Shown here one piece after another: positions 47,139 through 56,355 of a stretch of 64,000 bases of DNA; position 1 is the stretch's first letter, and each line of letters begins with the position of its first letter. Position numbers and translations under genes: made by a program. The notes beneath the pieces were generated by a model that saw nothing but the letters and a program-made list of their open reading frames with translations, made no database searches and was not told the origin of the DNA. The DNA is from Candidatus Latescibacterota bacterium (lineage in GTDB: Bacteria; Latescibacterota; UBA2968; UBA8231), in assembly GCA_965248355.1 (NCBI GenBank), contig OZ252098.1, positions 1,120,001 through 1,184,000 of the forward strand. Direction: 5' to 3'.

Positions 47139-47674
47139 CCGCACCCCTCCAGCATGGCCTCGACCTGGCCGCAGAGGCCCTCGGCATCGGTCCGGTCGGA
47201 GTGGACGACCAGATCGTAGATGGACAGGTCGGAGAGGTCGATCTGGTGATGGGCGGCGTAGCGCCTCCGCTCGGATCGCTCGCGCTCGAGGATCGCCGCC
47301 GTCGCCTCCTGCAGGGACTGCCGGTCGCGGCCGGCCACTCGCCGTGCCCTGGTGTGGATGTCGGCCTGGACCCAGACCTTGAGGGCGGCCAGTTCGTGGC
47401 GGTGCATCATCCAGCCCGTGATGCGTCCTTCGAGCACGCATCCAGGGGCCTGCCGGGCGAGCTCGGTCAGGCGCTGGTCGAGGCGCCGGTCGATGTCGCC
47501 GTCGGCCTCGGAGCGGCGCCCCAGGTCGGCCAGGGAGATCCCCAGCTCGCCGGCCAGATCGCGGAAGATCCGGCCCACGTTGACATGGTCCAGGCCCGTG
47601 CGTTCGGAGAGCCGCCGGCACAGGGTGCTGGTGCCGCTGCCGGGGAGGCCGCTGACCGTGATCCGTCGAGTCAT
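47135..47674 (-). CDS. cmk: Cytidylate kinase, archaeal type (CMK type 2)
   Basis: ITVSGLPGSGTST, GRIFR, DIDRRLD, VLEGRITGW, RERSERRRY, DLSDLSIYDLVV; 179 aa. Confidence 0.8.
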   Translation of the reverse strand: MTRRITVSGLPGSGTSTLCRRLSERTGLDHVNVGRIFRDLAGELGISLADLGRRSEADGDIDRRLDQRLTELARQAPGCVLEGRITGWMMHRHELAALKVWVQADIHTRARRVAGRDRQSLQEATAAILERERSERRRYAAHHQIDLSDLSIYDLVVHSDRTDAEGLCGQVEAMLEGCG

Positions 47675-47687
47675 TGCCGGGCCGCCT

Positions 47688-48569
47688 TCAGGCCAGGTTC
47701 TGCACCTGCTCGCGCAGCCTCTCCACCTCTTCCTTGGCCGCCACCGCCCCGTGGACGATGCCGCTGGCCGCGGACTTCGACGAGAGGGTGTTGATCTCCC
47801 GGTGCATCTCCTGCAAGAGGAAGTTGAGCCGGCGGCCCACCTCCCCGCCCTTGTCGATGGCCTCGAGGAACCGCTCGTGGTGGCTGCGCAGGCGCACGAG
47901 TTCCTCGGTGATGTCGCTGCGCTCGGCGATCAGCACGATCTCCGTGGCCAGGCGGGCCTCGTCCATCTCGCCCGGCTTCAGCAGGCCTTCGACCTTCTCC
48001 CGGAGACGGCGGCGCACCTCCTCTCGGCCCTCGAGGGCGAGCTCTTCGATCCGGTCGGTGAGCCCGTCGATGGTGGCCAGTCTGGCGCGCAGGTCGGCGG
48101 CCAGCGCGGCGCCCTCCGACCGCCGCATCTCCTCGAGCTCGGCGAGGGCCTGGTCGAGGGCCTCCATGACGAGCCTCTCGAGCCGCTCCGGGTCGGGGCC
48201 CCGACTCGAGGTGCGAAACACCCCGGGCATCCGGGCCACAACCTCCAGGCCCACGGGGGGCAGGCCCGTCTCGCGCGCCAGGCGATCCAGCTCGGAGAAG
48301 TAGCGTTCGGCGATCTCCGGGTCGAGCTCGGGCAAGCCGTTGGACTCCCCGGTCTCCTCGCAGTCGATCGTCCCCGTCACCTTGCCGCGCGTCAGCCGGC
48401 CCTGGAGACGCTCGCGGACCCGGGGCTCGAGCTCCTGCAGAGGGCCGGGGCAGCGGACCGACAGGTCGAGGAAACGGCCGTTGACGGAGCGCAGGAGCGC
48501 CCGGACCCGGATCCCTTCCTCCTCGGCGCCGCCCGTGCCGAACCCGGTCATGCTCGCAATGCCTGCCAC
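47688..48569 (-). CDS. yicC: YicC/YloC endoribonuclease family
   Basis: SMTGFG, RSVNGRFLD, DITEELVRLRSH, GRRLNFLLQEMHREINTLSSK, REQVQN. Confidence 0.93.
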   Translation of the reverse strand: MAGIASMTGFGTGGAEEEGIRVRALLRSVNGRFLDLSVRCPGPLQELEPRVRERLQGRLTRGKVTGTIDCEETGESNGLPELDPEIAERYFSELDRLARETGLPPVGLEVVARMPGVFRTSSRGPDPERLERLVMEALDQALAELEEMRRSEGAALAADLRARLATIDGLTDRIEELALEGREEVRRRLREKVEGLLKPGEMDEARLATEIVLIAERSDITEELVRLRSHHERFLEAIDKGGEVGRRLNFLLQEMHREINTLSSKSAASGIVHGAVAAKEEVERLREQVQNLA

Positions 48570-48578
48570 CCGAACCCC

Positions 48579-49835
48579 CTATCGCCCTGGATCCACGGCT
48601 AACTGCACGATGGTGGTAAACCCGGTGAGCCGGGACCGGTACGTCAAGCCCCCGAGGGTGATCTTGGTCAGCTCCGCGGTTCCCGCGACCCAGAGCTGCT
48701 GGTTGGCGCCGTCGATCACCACCCCCCGGGCGGCCTCCGCGTCCGGCCAGTGCAGGAGGGGTTGGCCGTCCGCCTGCAGGGCGGCGATGCCGGCCTCCCC
48801 CACGATCCAGACCTCCCCCGTGGGGGAGGCCACGTCGATCTGGCGAGCCGGGGCGAAGGGCAGATCCCGCTCCAGGCGGCCGCTCTCGGGCTGGAGTTGA
48901 AGGAGGCGGTGGCCTCCCTGGGCCAGGACCCAGGCCTGGCAGCACTCACCAGGCACGGGGTCGACGTCGACGATCCCCTCCAGGTCCCGCCATTCCCCGA
49001 GCCGCTCCCCGGCGACGTCGAAGTGCACGACGCGCCCGGCGGACGGGTCGGCCACCCAGAGGCTGCCTTCGGAGCCGACGGCGAGCCCCACGGAGTCGGA
49101 GAAGGCGGCGTCCACCTCGATCAGAGGCAGGGAATCGGCCTCGGCGGCCACCGCGAACCGGTAGACCCGGCGGCCGCCGGCCGGAGAGGCCCAGCCGATG
49201 CGGTGGTCCGGGTCGATGACCGCCGCCCCGACCCCGTCGAGGGGCGAGTCCACGGGGTGGACCTGGCCGTCGTCGGAGATCCGGTAGAGCCCGAGGGCTC
49301 CGTCCCCCACCCAGCAGTCGCCGGTCTCGCGATCGAGGGCGATGGCCGACAGGGACGGGAAGTGTCCCCGGGCAAAGAGTCCCTGGCGTCCATCGGGGGC
49401 CAGCCTCCAGACCAGCCCGCTGCCGGCGTCGGCGACCCAGGCGCGCTCGGGCCCCGGTGTGGCCAGATGCTCGCCGGCGATGGCGAGCTCCGGCTCACCC
49501 GGCACGTCGAGAGCGATGCGGTAGCGGTAGATCCGGCCGTTGGTCACGGCCTCGTCGACGAAGCTGGTGTCCGAGGCGGACAGGTCCCGCGCCATCGTGC
49601 TGTCCCCGCTCTCCCGGTAGAGGCGCACGGCGCGCAGATCATCGAAACGGGTGAAGTCCCAGCGAAGCTCGACCTGTCCGTCACCGGCCAGGGCGCGCAG
49701 GGGGGTGGCCAGGTCGAGGGGTTGCGAGGCGCCGGCGTCGAGGGGGTTCCGGCGGGCGCGGTCGGCGCAGGAGAGTACCATCAGCGCCGCCAGAGGGAGG
49801 AGGACCGCTGGGAGCCGAAGGCGTCCTGGGTTCAT
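48579..49835 (-). CDS. Putative lipoprotein with FN3-like domain and beta-propeller
   Basis: Lipobox VLSC, RRNPLD, ALAGDGQVELRW...FVDEAVTNGRIYRYRI (FN3-like), repeated WVAD blades. Confidence 0.65.
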   Translation of the reverse strand: MNPGRLRLPAVLLPLAALMVLSCADRARRNPLDAGASQPLDLATPLRALAGDGQVELRWDFTRFDDLRAVRLYRESGDSTMARDLSASDTSFVDEAVTNGRIYRYRIALDVPGEPELAIAGEHLATPGPERAWVADAGSGLVWRLAPDGRQGLFARGHFPSLSAIALDRETGDCWVGDGALGLYRISDDGQVHPVDSPLDGVGAAVIDPDHRIGWASPAGGRRVYRFAVAAEADSLPLIEVDAAFSDSVGLAVGSEGSLWVADPSAGRVVHFDVAGERLGEWRDLEGIVDVDPVPGECCQAWVLAQGGHRLLQLQPESGRLERDLPFAPARQIDVASPTGEVWIVGEAGIAALQADGQPLLHWPDAEAARGVVIDGANQQLWVAGTAELTKITLGGLTYRSRLTGFTTIVQLAVDPGR

Positions 49836-49851
49836 CCGGTCCTCCGCTGCA

Positions 49852-50349
49852 TCAGAAGAAGACAAGGCAGGCGCTGAGGACGATCCCGGCTTCCATGGCC
49901 AGGAAGGCCGCTCCGGCGATGCGGTCGTAGCGCTCGGCCCGCTCGAAGGTCTGCTGCTGGCGGCGGGCGCCGGCGGAGCGCAGGTAGCGGTCGTAGGCGG
50001 CGTCCGCCTCGTCGGTGCTCCAGTAGGCGAGGGCGGCGCCGGCAACGGCCAGGGCCGCGCTGGCCGCCAGGGCCGGCCGCCAGACGATCCGCCCCTTTCC
50101 CGTCCCCTGTTGCGTGGCCGGGTCCTTCGCCATGAGCGGGCGGGGGCGGGGCGCCATCGCATGGGGGCGCGGAAAGGACCGGTGCCAGACGCCGAAGGCT
50201 CCCCTCCGGATGACCGGGGCGTCCGCCCGGGGCACCAGGATCTCGACCGGGCTCCCCCCCTGCGCGAAGCCCTCCGGCTGCGGATCCGGCTCGGCCGCGG
50301 CCAGCGTCGTGGAACCCGCCAACAGGATCACCATCCACAAGCGGCCCAT
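49852..50349 (-). CDS. Hypothetical exported membrane protein with helical hairpin
   Basis: Signal peptide, two hydrophobic segments flanking ADAAYDRYL; tightly packed in the operon. Confidence 0.55.
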   Translation of the reverse strand: MGRLWMVILLAGSTTLAAAEPDPQPEGFAQGGSPVEILVPRADAPVIRRGAFGVWHRSFPRPHAMAPRPRPLMAKDPATQQGTGKGRIVWRPALAASAALAVAGAALAYWSTDEADAAYDRYLRSAGARRQQQTFERAERYDRIAGAAFLAMEAGIVLSACLVFF

Positions 50350-50350
50350 G

Positions 50351-51484
50351 TCATCGCCCCCTGAACAGGTAGAGGGTGCCGGTCTCGGTGGTCACCGCCA
50401 GCAGCCGGGCGCTCACGGCCACGGAGGTCAGCACCGGACCGTCGAGGGCATACCGCCAGCGGGCTTCGCCGCTGGATCCGTCCACGGCGAGCAGCTCGCT
50501 GCCCCCGGAGCCGAGGTAGAGAGTTCTCGCCGTGCTTGTCGGCGCCGCGCGGGAGAGACCGCCGGTCTCGAAGCGCCAGCGCAGATCGCCGCTGTCCGGG
50601 TCGAAGGCGTACAGGGCCTGATCGCTGGAGCCCACGGCGAGCACCCCGGCGCCGCGGCCCAGGCCCTCGGCGGGCAGGCCGTCGATCCGCGCCGTCCACA
50701 GCGTCGAGCCGTCGCCGGCCCGCAGACCGTGGACGGCGCCGTCCGCCGCCGCCACCCAGAGCCGGGCGGCCCCGGCGTCGACGGCGGGACGGGTGCGGAT
50801 GGCCGCGCCCAGGGACCGCCGCCAGAGGACCCGGCCGTCGTCGGTGGAGGCGGCGACGATCTCCCCCGTGGAGTCACCCACGTAGACCGCCCCGCCCCCG
50901 ACGCTGGCCGCGCTCAGCAGGCGGCCCTCCAGGGGAACCTCCCACAGGAGATCCCCCCGATCCGCGGACAACGCCGCCAGGCGGCCCGACTCCACCGGCG
51001 CGTAGACCCGCCCGCCGGCGACCGTCGGCGGGGCGCAGACCTCGCCGGGGCGCCGCCACACGGTCTCGCCCGAGGCGCGGTCCACGGCGTGGAGACCGGC
51101 CTGCCGGCCGGTCATGGCCAGCAGCAGCAGCTCGCCCCGTCCGCCGGCCAGGGCGGCGGCGGCGCACAGCGGCCGATCCATGCGCCGGCGGCCCAGGCGG
51201 GTGCCCGTGGCCAGGTCGAAGGCGAGCACGTCCGTCTCGCGGGTCAGCTGCAGGACCATGGGTCCGGCGAGCAGCGGCCCGCCCAGGGGCGCTCCCCCCA
51301 CCGCCTGCCGCCACACCAGGGAGAGGGGGGGCTCCGGGCCTTCGGCCGTGTTGTGGCCGCCGTCCGGGGACCCCCCTTCCTGAACCCAGGCCGGCCCCGC
51401 GCCGCTGTTCCAGGGCGCGAACAGGTTCGCCGGGCCGCAGCCGCAGGCGGCGGCGATCAGCCACGGACCGGCCCGGCGCAGCAC
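50351..51484 (-). CDS. PQQ-like beta-propeller (BamB-like) lipoprotein
   Basis: Cys-containing N-terminus (AAACGC), repeated A.D..TG...W blades, LYAFDPDSGDLRWRFET; start between 51484 and 51550. Confidence 0.8.
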   Translation of the reverse strand: MLRRAGPWLIAAACGCGPANLFAPWNSGAGPAWVQEGGSPDGGHNTAEGPEPPLSLVWRQAVGGAPLGGPLLAGPMVLQLTRETDVLAFDLATGTRLGRRRMDRPLCAAAALAGGRGELLLLAMTGRQAGLHAVDRASGETVWRRPGEVCAPPTVAGGRVYAPVESGRLAALSADRGDLLWEVPLEGRLLSAASVGGGAVYVGDSTGEIVAASTDDGRVLWRRSLGAAIRTRPAVDAGAARLWVAAADGAVHGLRAGDGSTLWTARIDGLPAEGLGRGAGVLAVGSSDQALYAFDPDSGDLRWRFETGGLSRAAPTSTARTLYLGSGGSELLAVDGSSGEARWRYALDGPVLTSVAVSARLLAVTTETGTLYLFRGR

Positions 51485-51506
51485 CGGACCTGGCCGGCGG
51501 GCCGGG

Positions 51507-54326
51507 TCAGTAGTCCCAGCCAAAGAAGAAATCCCAGCGCGTGTCACCATCCACCGATTTGAAGTCGGTCCGCCGCGAGGCGTCCAGACGGAAGACGAAG
51601 ACCCCTCCCAGACCGATCCGGGCGCCCATCCCGAAGCTCCCCTTCCAGTCCCCGAACCGGTCGTTCCAGGCGTTGCCGGCGTCGGCGAACAGGGCGCCCC
51701 GCAGGGCGGAGAAGGCGATCCTTCCGAAGGGAAACCCGAGTACGAAGCGATCCAGCAGAGGGTAGCGGAGCTCGTGATTCAGCAGCACGAGGTTGCTCCC
51801 CCAGAGAGACCGGAAGCCGTACCCGCGCAAGGTCCAGCTGCCGCCGAGGGAGAAGAACTCGGGCACGTCGCCCCGGCTGTGGCGCCCCATGTAGCGCAGC
51901 GCCAGGCAGGTGCGCGGGGTGAGGCGCAGGTAGTGGCGGTAGTCGCCGTAGAAGGTGGTGTTGAAGGGGCGCGAGCTCTTGAAGTCGACGGTCTGGCCGG
52001 CGCCGAAACTGAAACGGGACCCCTCCATCGGCCCCGTGGGGATCCACAGACTGTTGTCGTGGGTGAAGGTGAGGTGGTTCGAGACCAGCCACCCGGTGAG
52101 CTGGCGCCCCTCGAACTGGCGATCGATGTCCGCGTGACGGGCGGTGAGCCGGGCATCGATGCGATCGTGGCGGTTGAAGGGATAGCTCAACCCTGCCCAC
52201 CCGCCGCTGCGCTTCTCGCGCACGGCGCGGCCGAAGCGGCCGCTCAGGCGGTCGTTCAGATGGAACAGGCCCCAGTCGATGTTGAGCTGACGGGCCAGGT
52301 GCTGGCGGCCGAGAAGGAAGTTGAGCCCGTCGAGGACGCCGCTCCGGGATCCGGAGATATGGGAGAGGACGAAGTAGTAGCGCTCGTCGCCGAGGACGTC
52401 GCTGAGCCCCACCTGGACGCCGCCGGAGGTGCCGAAGACGGGATCCTGGGAGATCTGGCTCTGGGCCACGTCGAAGGAGAGCCGGCGCTTGTAGGTGCGG
52501 CGGCTGACCGCTCCCCGGTCGGGCAGACCGGCCAGGGTCCAGGGACCGACCTCGCCAGGCGGGGGAAGGGCCGCGGAGTCGGGTTCAGAGATTTCCGGCC
52601 GAAGCCGGTAGATCTGGAATCCCCCGGCCTCGTACCCGGTGAGCAGCAACTCCTCCCCGTCCGGCATCCAGGCCGGATCGAAGAGACCGGTCAGGGCGCG
52701 GGTCAGCCGCTTCCGGCTCACCGGTTCGGGGCCGCCGGCCCCGGAGCGCAGGGTCAGCGAGTAGAGATCGAAATAGCCGCGGCGGTCGGAGCTGAAGGCG
52801 ATCCGCCCCCCGTCCGGGGACCAGGCCGGCTGCAGGTCCCTGTGCTCTCCGGAGGTCAGCTGCGTCACCCGGCCGGTGTCGAGGTCGAGGGCGAAGAGAT
52901 GCTGCCGGCCGCCGTCCGCGGGAGCCGAGGCCCGGTCCGAGCTGAAGACCAGCCGGTCGAGCCGGGGGTGCCAGTCGGGATCGCTGTCCAGGCACAGGTC
53001 GTCGGTGAGCGGGGACAGGGCGCCGGTGGCGAGCTCGAGGAGGAACAGGTCGGTGGAGCCGTTTCGGCGGGCGCCGGCGAAGGCGATCCGATCCCCCTCC
53101 GGCGACCACGAAGGCGACGACAGGGCGACGAGCTCGTCGAAGGTGAAACGGTGCCGGCGGCGGCCCTCGTCCAGACCCCACAGGATCAGGTGGTCGCGGC
53201 CGTTGCGCTTGGCCACGAAGGCCAGGACCTCGCCGTCGGGGGAGACGTCGAGGCTGGTCTGCAGGGGATGGAGGGATTCGTACTCGGACTCGCGCTCGCC
53301 GGCCACCACCAGGCGGTGTCCGCCGGCGCCGACGCGGGACCGGGCGATGGTGGTGTAGCCCTGGTCGTTGCGGAAGAACACGTAGGAGACCGAGTCGGAC
53401 GGCAGCTCCCGGGCGGAGCGCGGGGGAATGACCGCCGCTTTCAGGTTGTACCCCGTGCTCGTCAGGGCGTCGGCCAGCCGCCCCGGGGGATCGCCTTCCT
53501 GGATGTCGGGCAGGTAGTCCTTCTGCAGGCGGTAGACCCAGGCCGCGTCGAGGTCCGCCAGGGTCTCGCCGGTGGTGGCCTGCAAGACGCTGTCGAAGTC
53601 CCCGCCCCGCCACCAGTTGTCCAGCAGCCGGGCGAAGACATCCTCGCCGTAGCGGCTGGCCATGAGCTCACAGATCGACTGGCCCTCCTTGTACATCTGG
53701 AAGGTGCCGTGGATCCGGTCCATCCGGGCGATCGGGGCCAGGCGGCCGCTGAAGAGGGCGTCGCGCAGGATCATGTGGGCATAGCTGTCCTGCGGACCCG
53801 ACAGGTACTCGGCGAGCCCCTCGGAGAACCAGAGCGGCCCGAACCAGACGTCCGTCGCCCCCCGGTCGCGCAGCACCGTGCGGATCCGGTCGAACATGAA
53901 CACGTGCACGAGCTCGTGGTGCAGGACGCGCTCGAATTCCGGGTAGGAGCCGCTCAGGGGCAGGGCCACCCGCCCCTTGAGGAACTCGGTGAACCCGGCC
54001 ACCCCCTCCGGGAGCAGTCCCGGCATGATGTTGGTCTGCTCGAAGTAGACGTGGGAGGAGTAGACGATCAGCGGCACCCGGCGGCGCACGGTGTGGACGA
54101 GGCGGCGTTCCAGCTCGCGGAAGCCCTCCTCGGCCATGCGCGCCGCGATCGACGCCAGCTCCTCCTCCTCCGGATAGAAGTAGACGTCGAAGTGGTCGGT
54201 CTCCATCCGCTGCCAGGCGAGCTCGTCGTGCTGGACCTTGTTCTTGCCGAAGCGGTAGGGCTGGGCTCCGGCCGAGGCGGCCGCCAGGAGCACCGAGGCC
54301 AGCAGCGCCGCAAGGGCACGGGGCAC
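51507..54326 (-). CDS. Omp85-superfamily outer membrane protein with N-terminal zincin-like domain and TolB/PD40 beta-propeller
   Basis: Signal peptide, FGKNKVQ, HELVH + WFSEGLAEY, PSWSPEG/PAWSPDG repeats, barrel motifs LGGSWTLRGY, NHELRYP, FADAGNAW, C-terminal WDFFFGWDY. Confidence 0.85.
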   Translation of the reverse strand: MPRALAALLASVLLAAASAGAQPYRFGKNKVQHDELAWQRMETDHFDVYFYPEEEELASIAARMAEEGFRELERRLVHTVRRRVPLIVYSSHVYFEQTNIMPGLLPEGVAGFTEFLKGRVALPLSGSYPEFERVLHHELVHVFMFDRIRTVLRDRGATDVWFGPLWFSEGLAEYLSGPQDSYAHMILRDALFSGRLAPIARMDRIHGTFQMYKEGQSICELMASRYGEDVFARLLDNWWRGGDFDSVLQATTGETLADLDAAWVYRLQKDYLPDIQEGDPPGRLADALTSTGYNLKAAVIPPRSARELPSDSVSYVFFRNDQGYTTIARSRVGAGGHRLVVAGERESEYESLHPLQTSLDVSPDGEVLAFVAKRNGRDHLILWGLDEGRRRHRFTFDELVALSSPSWSPEGDRIAFAGARRNGSTDLFLLELATGALSPLTDDLCLDSDPDWHPRLDRLVFSSDRASAPADGGRQHLFALDLDTGRVTQLTSGEHRDLQPAWSPDGGRIAFSSDRRGYFDLYSLTLRSGAGGPEPVSRKRLTRALTGLFDPAWMPDGEELLLTGYEAGGFQIYRLRPEISEPDSAALPPPGEVGPWTLAGLPDRGAVSRRTYKRRLSFDVAQSQISQDPVFGTSGGVQVGLSDVLGDERYYFVLSHISGSRSGVLDGLNFLLGRQHLARQLNIDWGLFHLNDRLSGRFGRAVREKRSGGWAGLSYPFNRHDRIDARLTARHADIDRQFEGRQLTGWLVSNHLTFTHDNSLWIPTGPMEGSRFSFGAGQTVDFKSSRPFNTTFYGDYRHYLRLTPRTCLALRYMGRHSRGDVPEFFSLGGSWTLRGYGFRSLWGSNLVLLNHELRYPLLDRFVLGFPFGRIAFSALRGALFADAGNAWNDRFGDWKGSFGMGARIGLGGVFVFRLDASRRTDFKSVDGDTRWDFFFGWDY

Positions 54327-54328
54327 GG

Positions 54329-55408
54329 TCAGCCTCCCGCCAGGTAGCCGCCGAAGCCGCCGCCCCGGGAAAGGGGCCGCCGCAGGCGGATGCGCCGGCC
54401 CGCCTCGACCCCGTGGTCGAAGGCCTCGCTGGCGGCCACGCCCGCGGACCGGCGCGTGACGACGCGCGGATTGTGGTAGCGGTACCAGGCCTGGAGACGG
54501 GCATCCCCTTTCCATACGAGCTCCTCGGAGGTCGGCCCCGCGGACCGGGTGCGCTGCCTCCGGGAGAGCTGCTCGTGAAAGCCCTGCAGGAGGCCGGCCC
54601 GGTAGCGCATGCGCTCGCGCTGGCCCTCCAGGTTGCGGCGCCCGCGGTAGTCCTCCCACAGGGAGCCCAGCAGCCGCGTCAGATAGGCATGGACGTACTC
54701 GGCCATGTCCACGTTCTCCGGCGTGCCGTAGACCTCCAGTACCGAGCCCTCCAGATCGCGGTGGGCGGCGTAGCTGCAGGCCCACAGCACTTCGACGAAG
54801 AAGAAGTCGTTGAGGATCATGGCCAGCCACAGCTCCCAGGAGGCGTGGCGGCCCTTCACCGGACCCAGCCGGCGGCGGGTGAAGGCCCGCTCGCGGTCGG
54901 CCTCGACGAGGTCGACGTTGTACTTCAGCAGCAGCCCCCGGGCCTTGTCCATGGCTGAGCGCGCCTCGTTCTCGTTCGGCGATCCGGCCAGGGACAGCAG
55001 CTTCTTCACCCGCTCGACGACGGGCTCCCCGGCGGGGGCCGGCCCCTCACCGGAGGGCCGGGACGTCGCCCGTGGGTCGCAGCGCAGGCGCCGGCAGGCC
55101 TCCCGGAAGGCGGGTCCGTGGGGCGGCTCCGCCTCGGCATGGAGCACCTCGCCGGCGTACTGGTGAGCCATCTCGTGGCGCAGGGTATCCATCACCTCCG
55201 GCCAGGGGTCGTCGAGGATGTGCCGGCGGCTGATCGTGATCCTGCGCAGGCCCGGGTCCCACGACCCGAGTTGAGCACGCCCCTCGCCGAGCCGGATCTG
55301 GGGGCGCCGCAGGGCCTGGTGCAGGTACTCGTGATCGAAATGCCGCCACCAGCGGTACAAGGCGCGGACCCAGGCGCTGCTCAGGTCACCGGAGTGGACG
55401 TCGGGCAT
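54329..55408 (-). CDS. SprT-like metallopeptidase fused to DUF2786
   Basis: LRHEMAHQ...HGPAF, then VKKLLSLAGSPNENEARSAM.KA..LLLKYN. Confidence 0.8.
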   Translation of the reverse strand: MPDVHSGDLSSAWVRALYRWWRHFDHEYLHQALRRPQIRLGEGRAQLGSWDPGLRRITISRRHILDDPWPEVMDTLRHEMAHQYAGEVLHAEAEPPHGPAFREACRRLRCDPRATSRPSGEGPAPAGEPVVERVKKLLSLAGSPNENEARSAMDKARGLLLKYNVDLVEADRERAFTRRRLGPVKGRHASWELWLAMILNDFFFVEVLWACSYAAHRDLEGSVLEVYGTPENVDMAEYVHAYLTRLLGSLWEDYRGRRNLEGQRERMRYRAGLLQGFHEQLSRRQRTRSAGPTSEELVWKGDARLQAWYRYHNPRVVTRRSAGVAASEAFDHGVEAGRRIRLRRPLSRGGGFGGYLAGG

Positions 55409-55460
55409 GGCCCAGGGCGCGGTTCTCGCCGGGCGGGAGCCTCAGCGCTCCGGGCGGCCG

Positions 55461-56330
55461 TCATCGCAGGCCTTCGACGAAGGCGGGAGAAAAGCGTCCG
55501 CTGGCCACCTCGTCCACCGCTCCGCGCATGGTCAGGGCATAGCCTTCGTCCACGTCGATGTGGAGGGTGCCGCCCTCGGCCTTCACGGCCACGGGGGCCT
55601 GCACCCGTCCGAGGCGCACGGCGGCGGCAGCAGCGGCGCAGGAGGAGGAACCCGAGGCCAGGGTCTCGCCGGCGCCGCGCTCCCAGATGAGGATGTGCAG
55701 CGACCGGGGGCCGATGGGGGTTGCGAGTTGCACGTTGGTCCGCCGCGGGAAGATCTCGTGGCTCTCGAGGGCCGGACCGAGGGTGAGCAGCTCCTCGCGC
55801 GTCCATCCCTGCCCGCGGTCCCGGAAGAGGACGCAGTGGGGGTTGCCGACGCTGACCCCCGTGAAGCGAAGGTCGCGGCCTGCGGCCCTCACCGGCTGCT
55901 CGATGAGCTCCTTCACCTGCAGACGGCATGGCAGGGCCGATGGACGGAAGGTGGCGCAGCCCATCTCGACGGTGGCCGCGCTGGCGTAGCCCGAGCCGTC
56001 CACGTGCAGCTCGATGGCCACGACCCCCCCCTTCGTCTCCACCGTGAACCGGCGCCGACGGGTGCGTCGGGTGGCGTGGAGGTAGCGGCCGAGGATGCGC
56101 AGGCCGTTTCCGGACTTCTCGGCCTCCGAGCCGTCGGGGTTGTAGATGCGCACTCCGAAATCCGCTCTCCGCGACGACGCCAGGGCGAGGATGCCGTCGC
56201 TGCCGAGACCCCGGTGGCGGTCGCAGATGGCCCGTATGCGCCGGGGTGTGAGGGTGACCTCGAGGTCGGCCGGGTCCAGGGCGATGTAGTCGTTGCCCAG
56301 GCCGTGGCCCTTGAAGAAGCCGTTCCTCAT
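55461..56330 (-). CDS. dapF: Diaminopimelate epimerase-like protein (both catalytic Cys replaced by Ser)
   Basis: GHGLGNDY, RHRGLGSDG, NPDGSEAEKSGNG, GNPHCV, FPRRTNV, WERGAGETLASGSSSC. Confidence 0.85.
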   Translation of the reverse strand: MRNGFFKGHGLGNDYIALDPADLEVTLTPRRIRAICDRHRGLGSDGILALASSRRADFGVRIYNPDGSEAEKSGNGLRILGRYLHATRRTRRRRFTVETKGGVVAIELHVDGSGYASAATVEMGCATFRPSALPCRLQVKELIEQPVRAAGRDLRFTGVSVGNPHCVLFRDRGQGWTREELLTLGPALESHEIFPRRTNVQLATPIGPRSLHILIWERGAGETLASGSSSCAAAAAAVRLGRVQAPVAVKAEGGTLHIDVDEGYALTMRGAVDEVASGRFSPAFVEGLR

Positions 56331-56355
56331 CCTGGTGCCGGATTCGACGGCGCCC

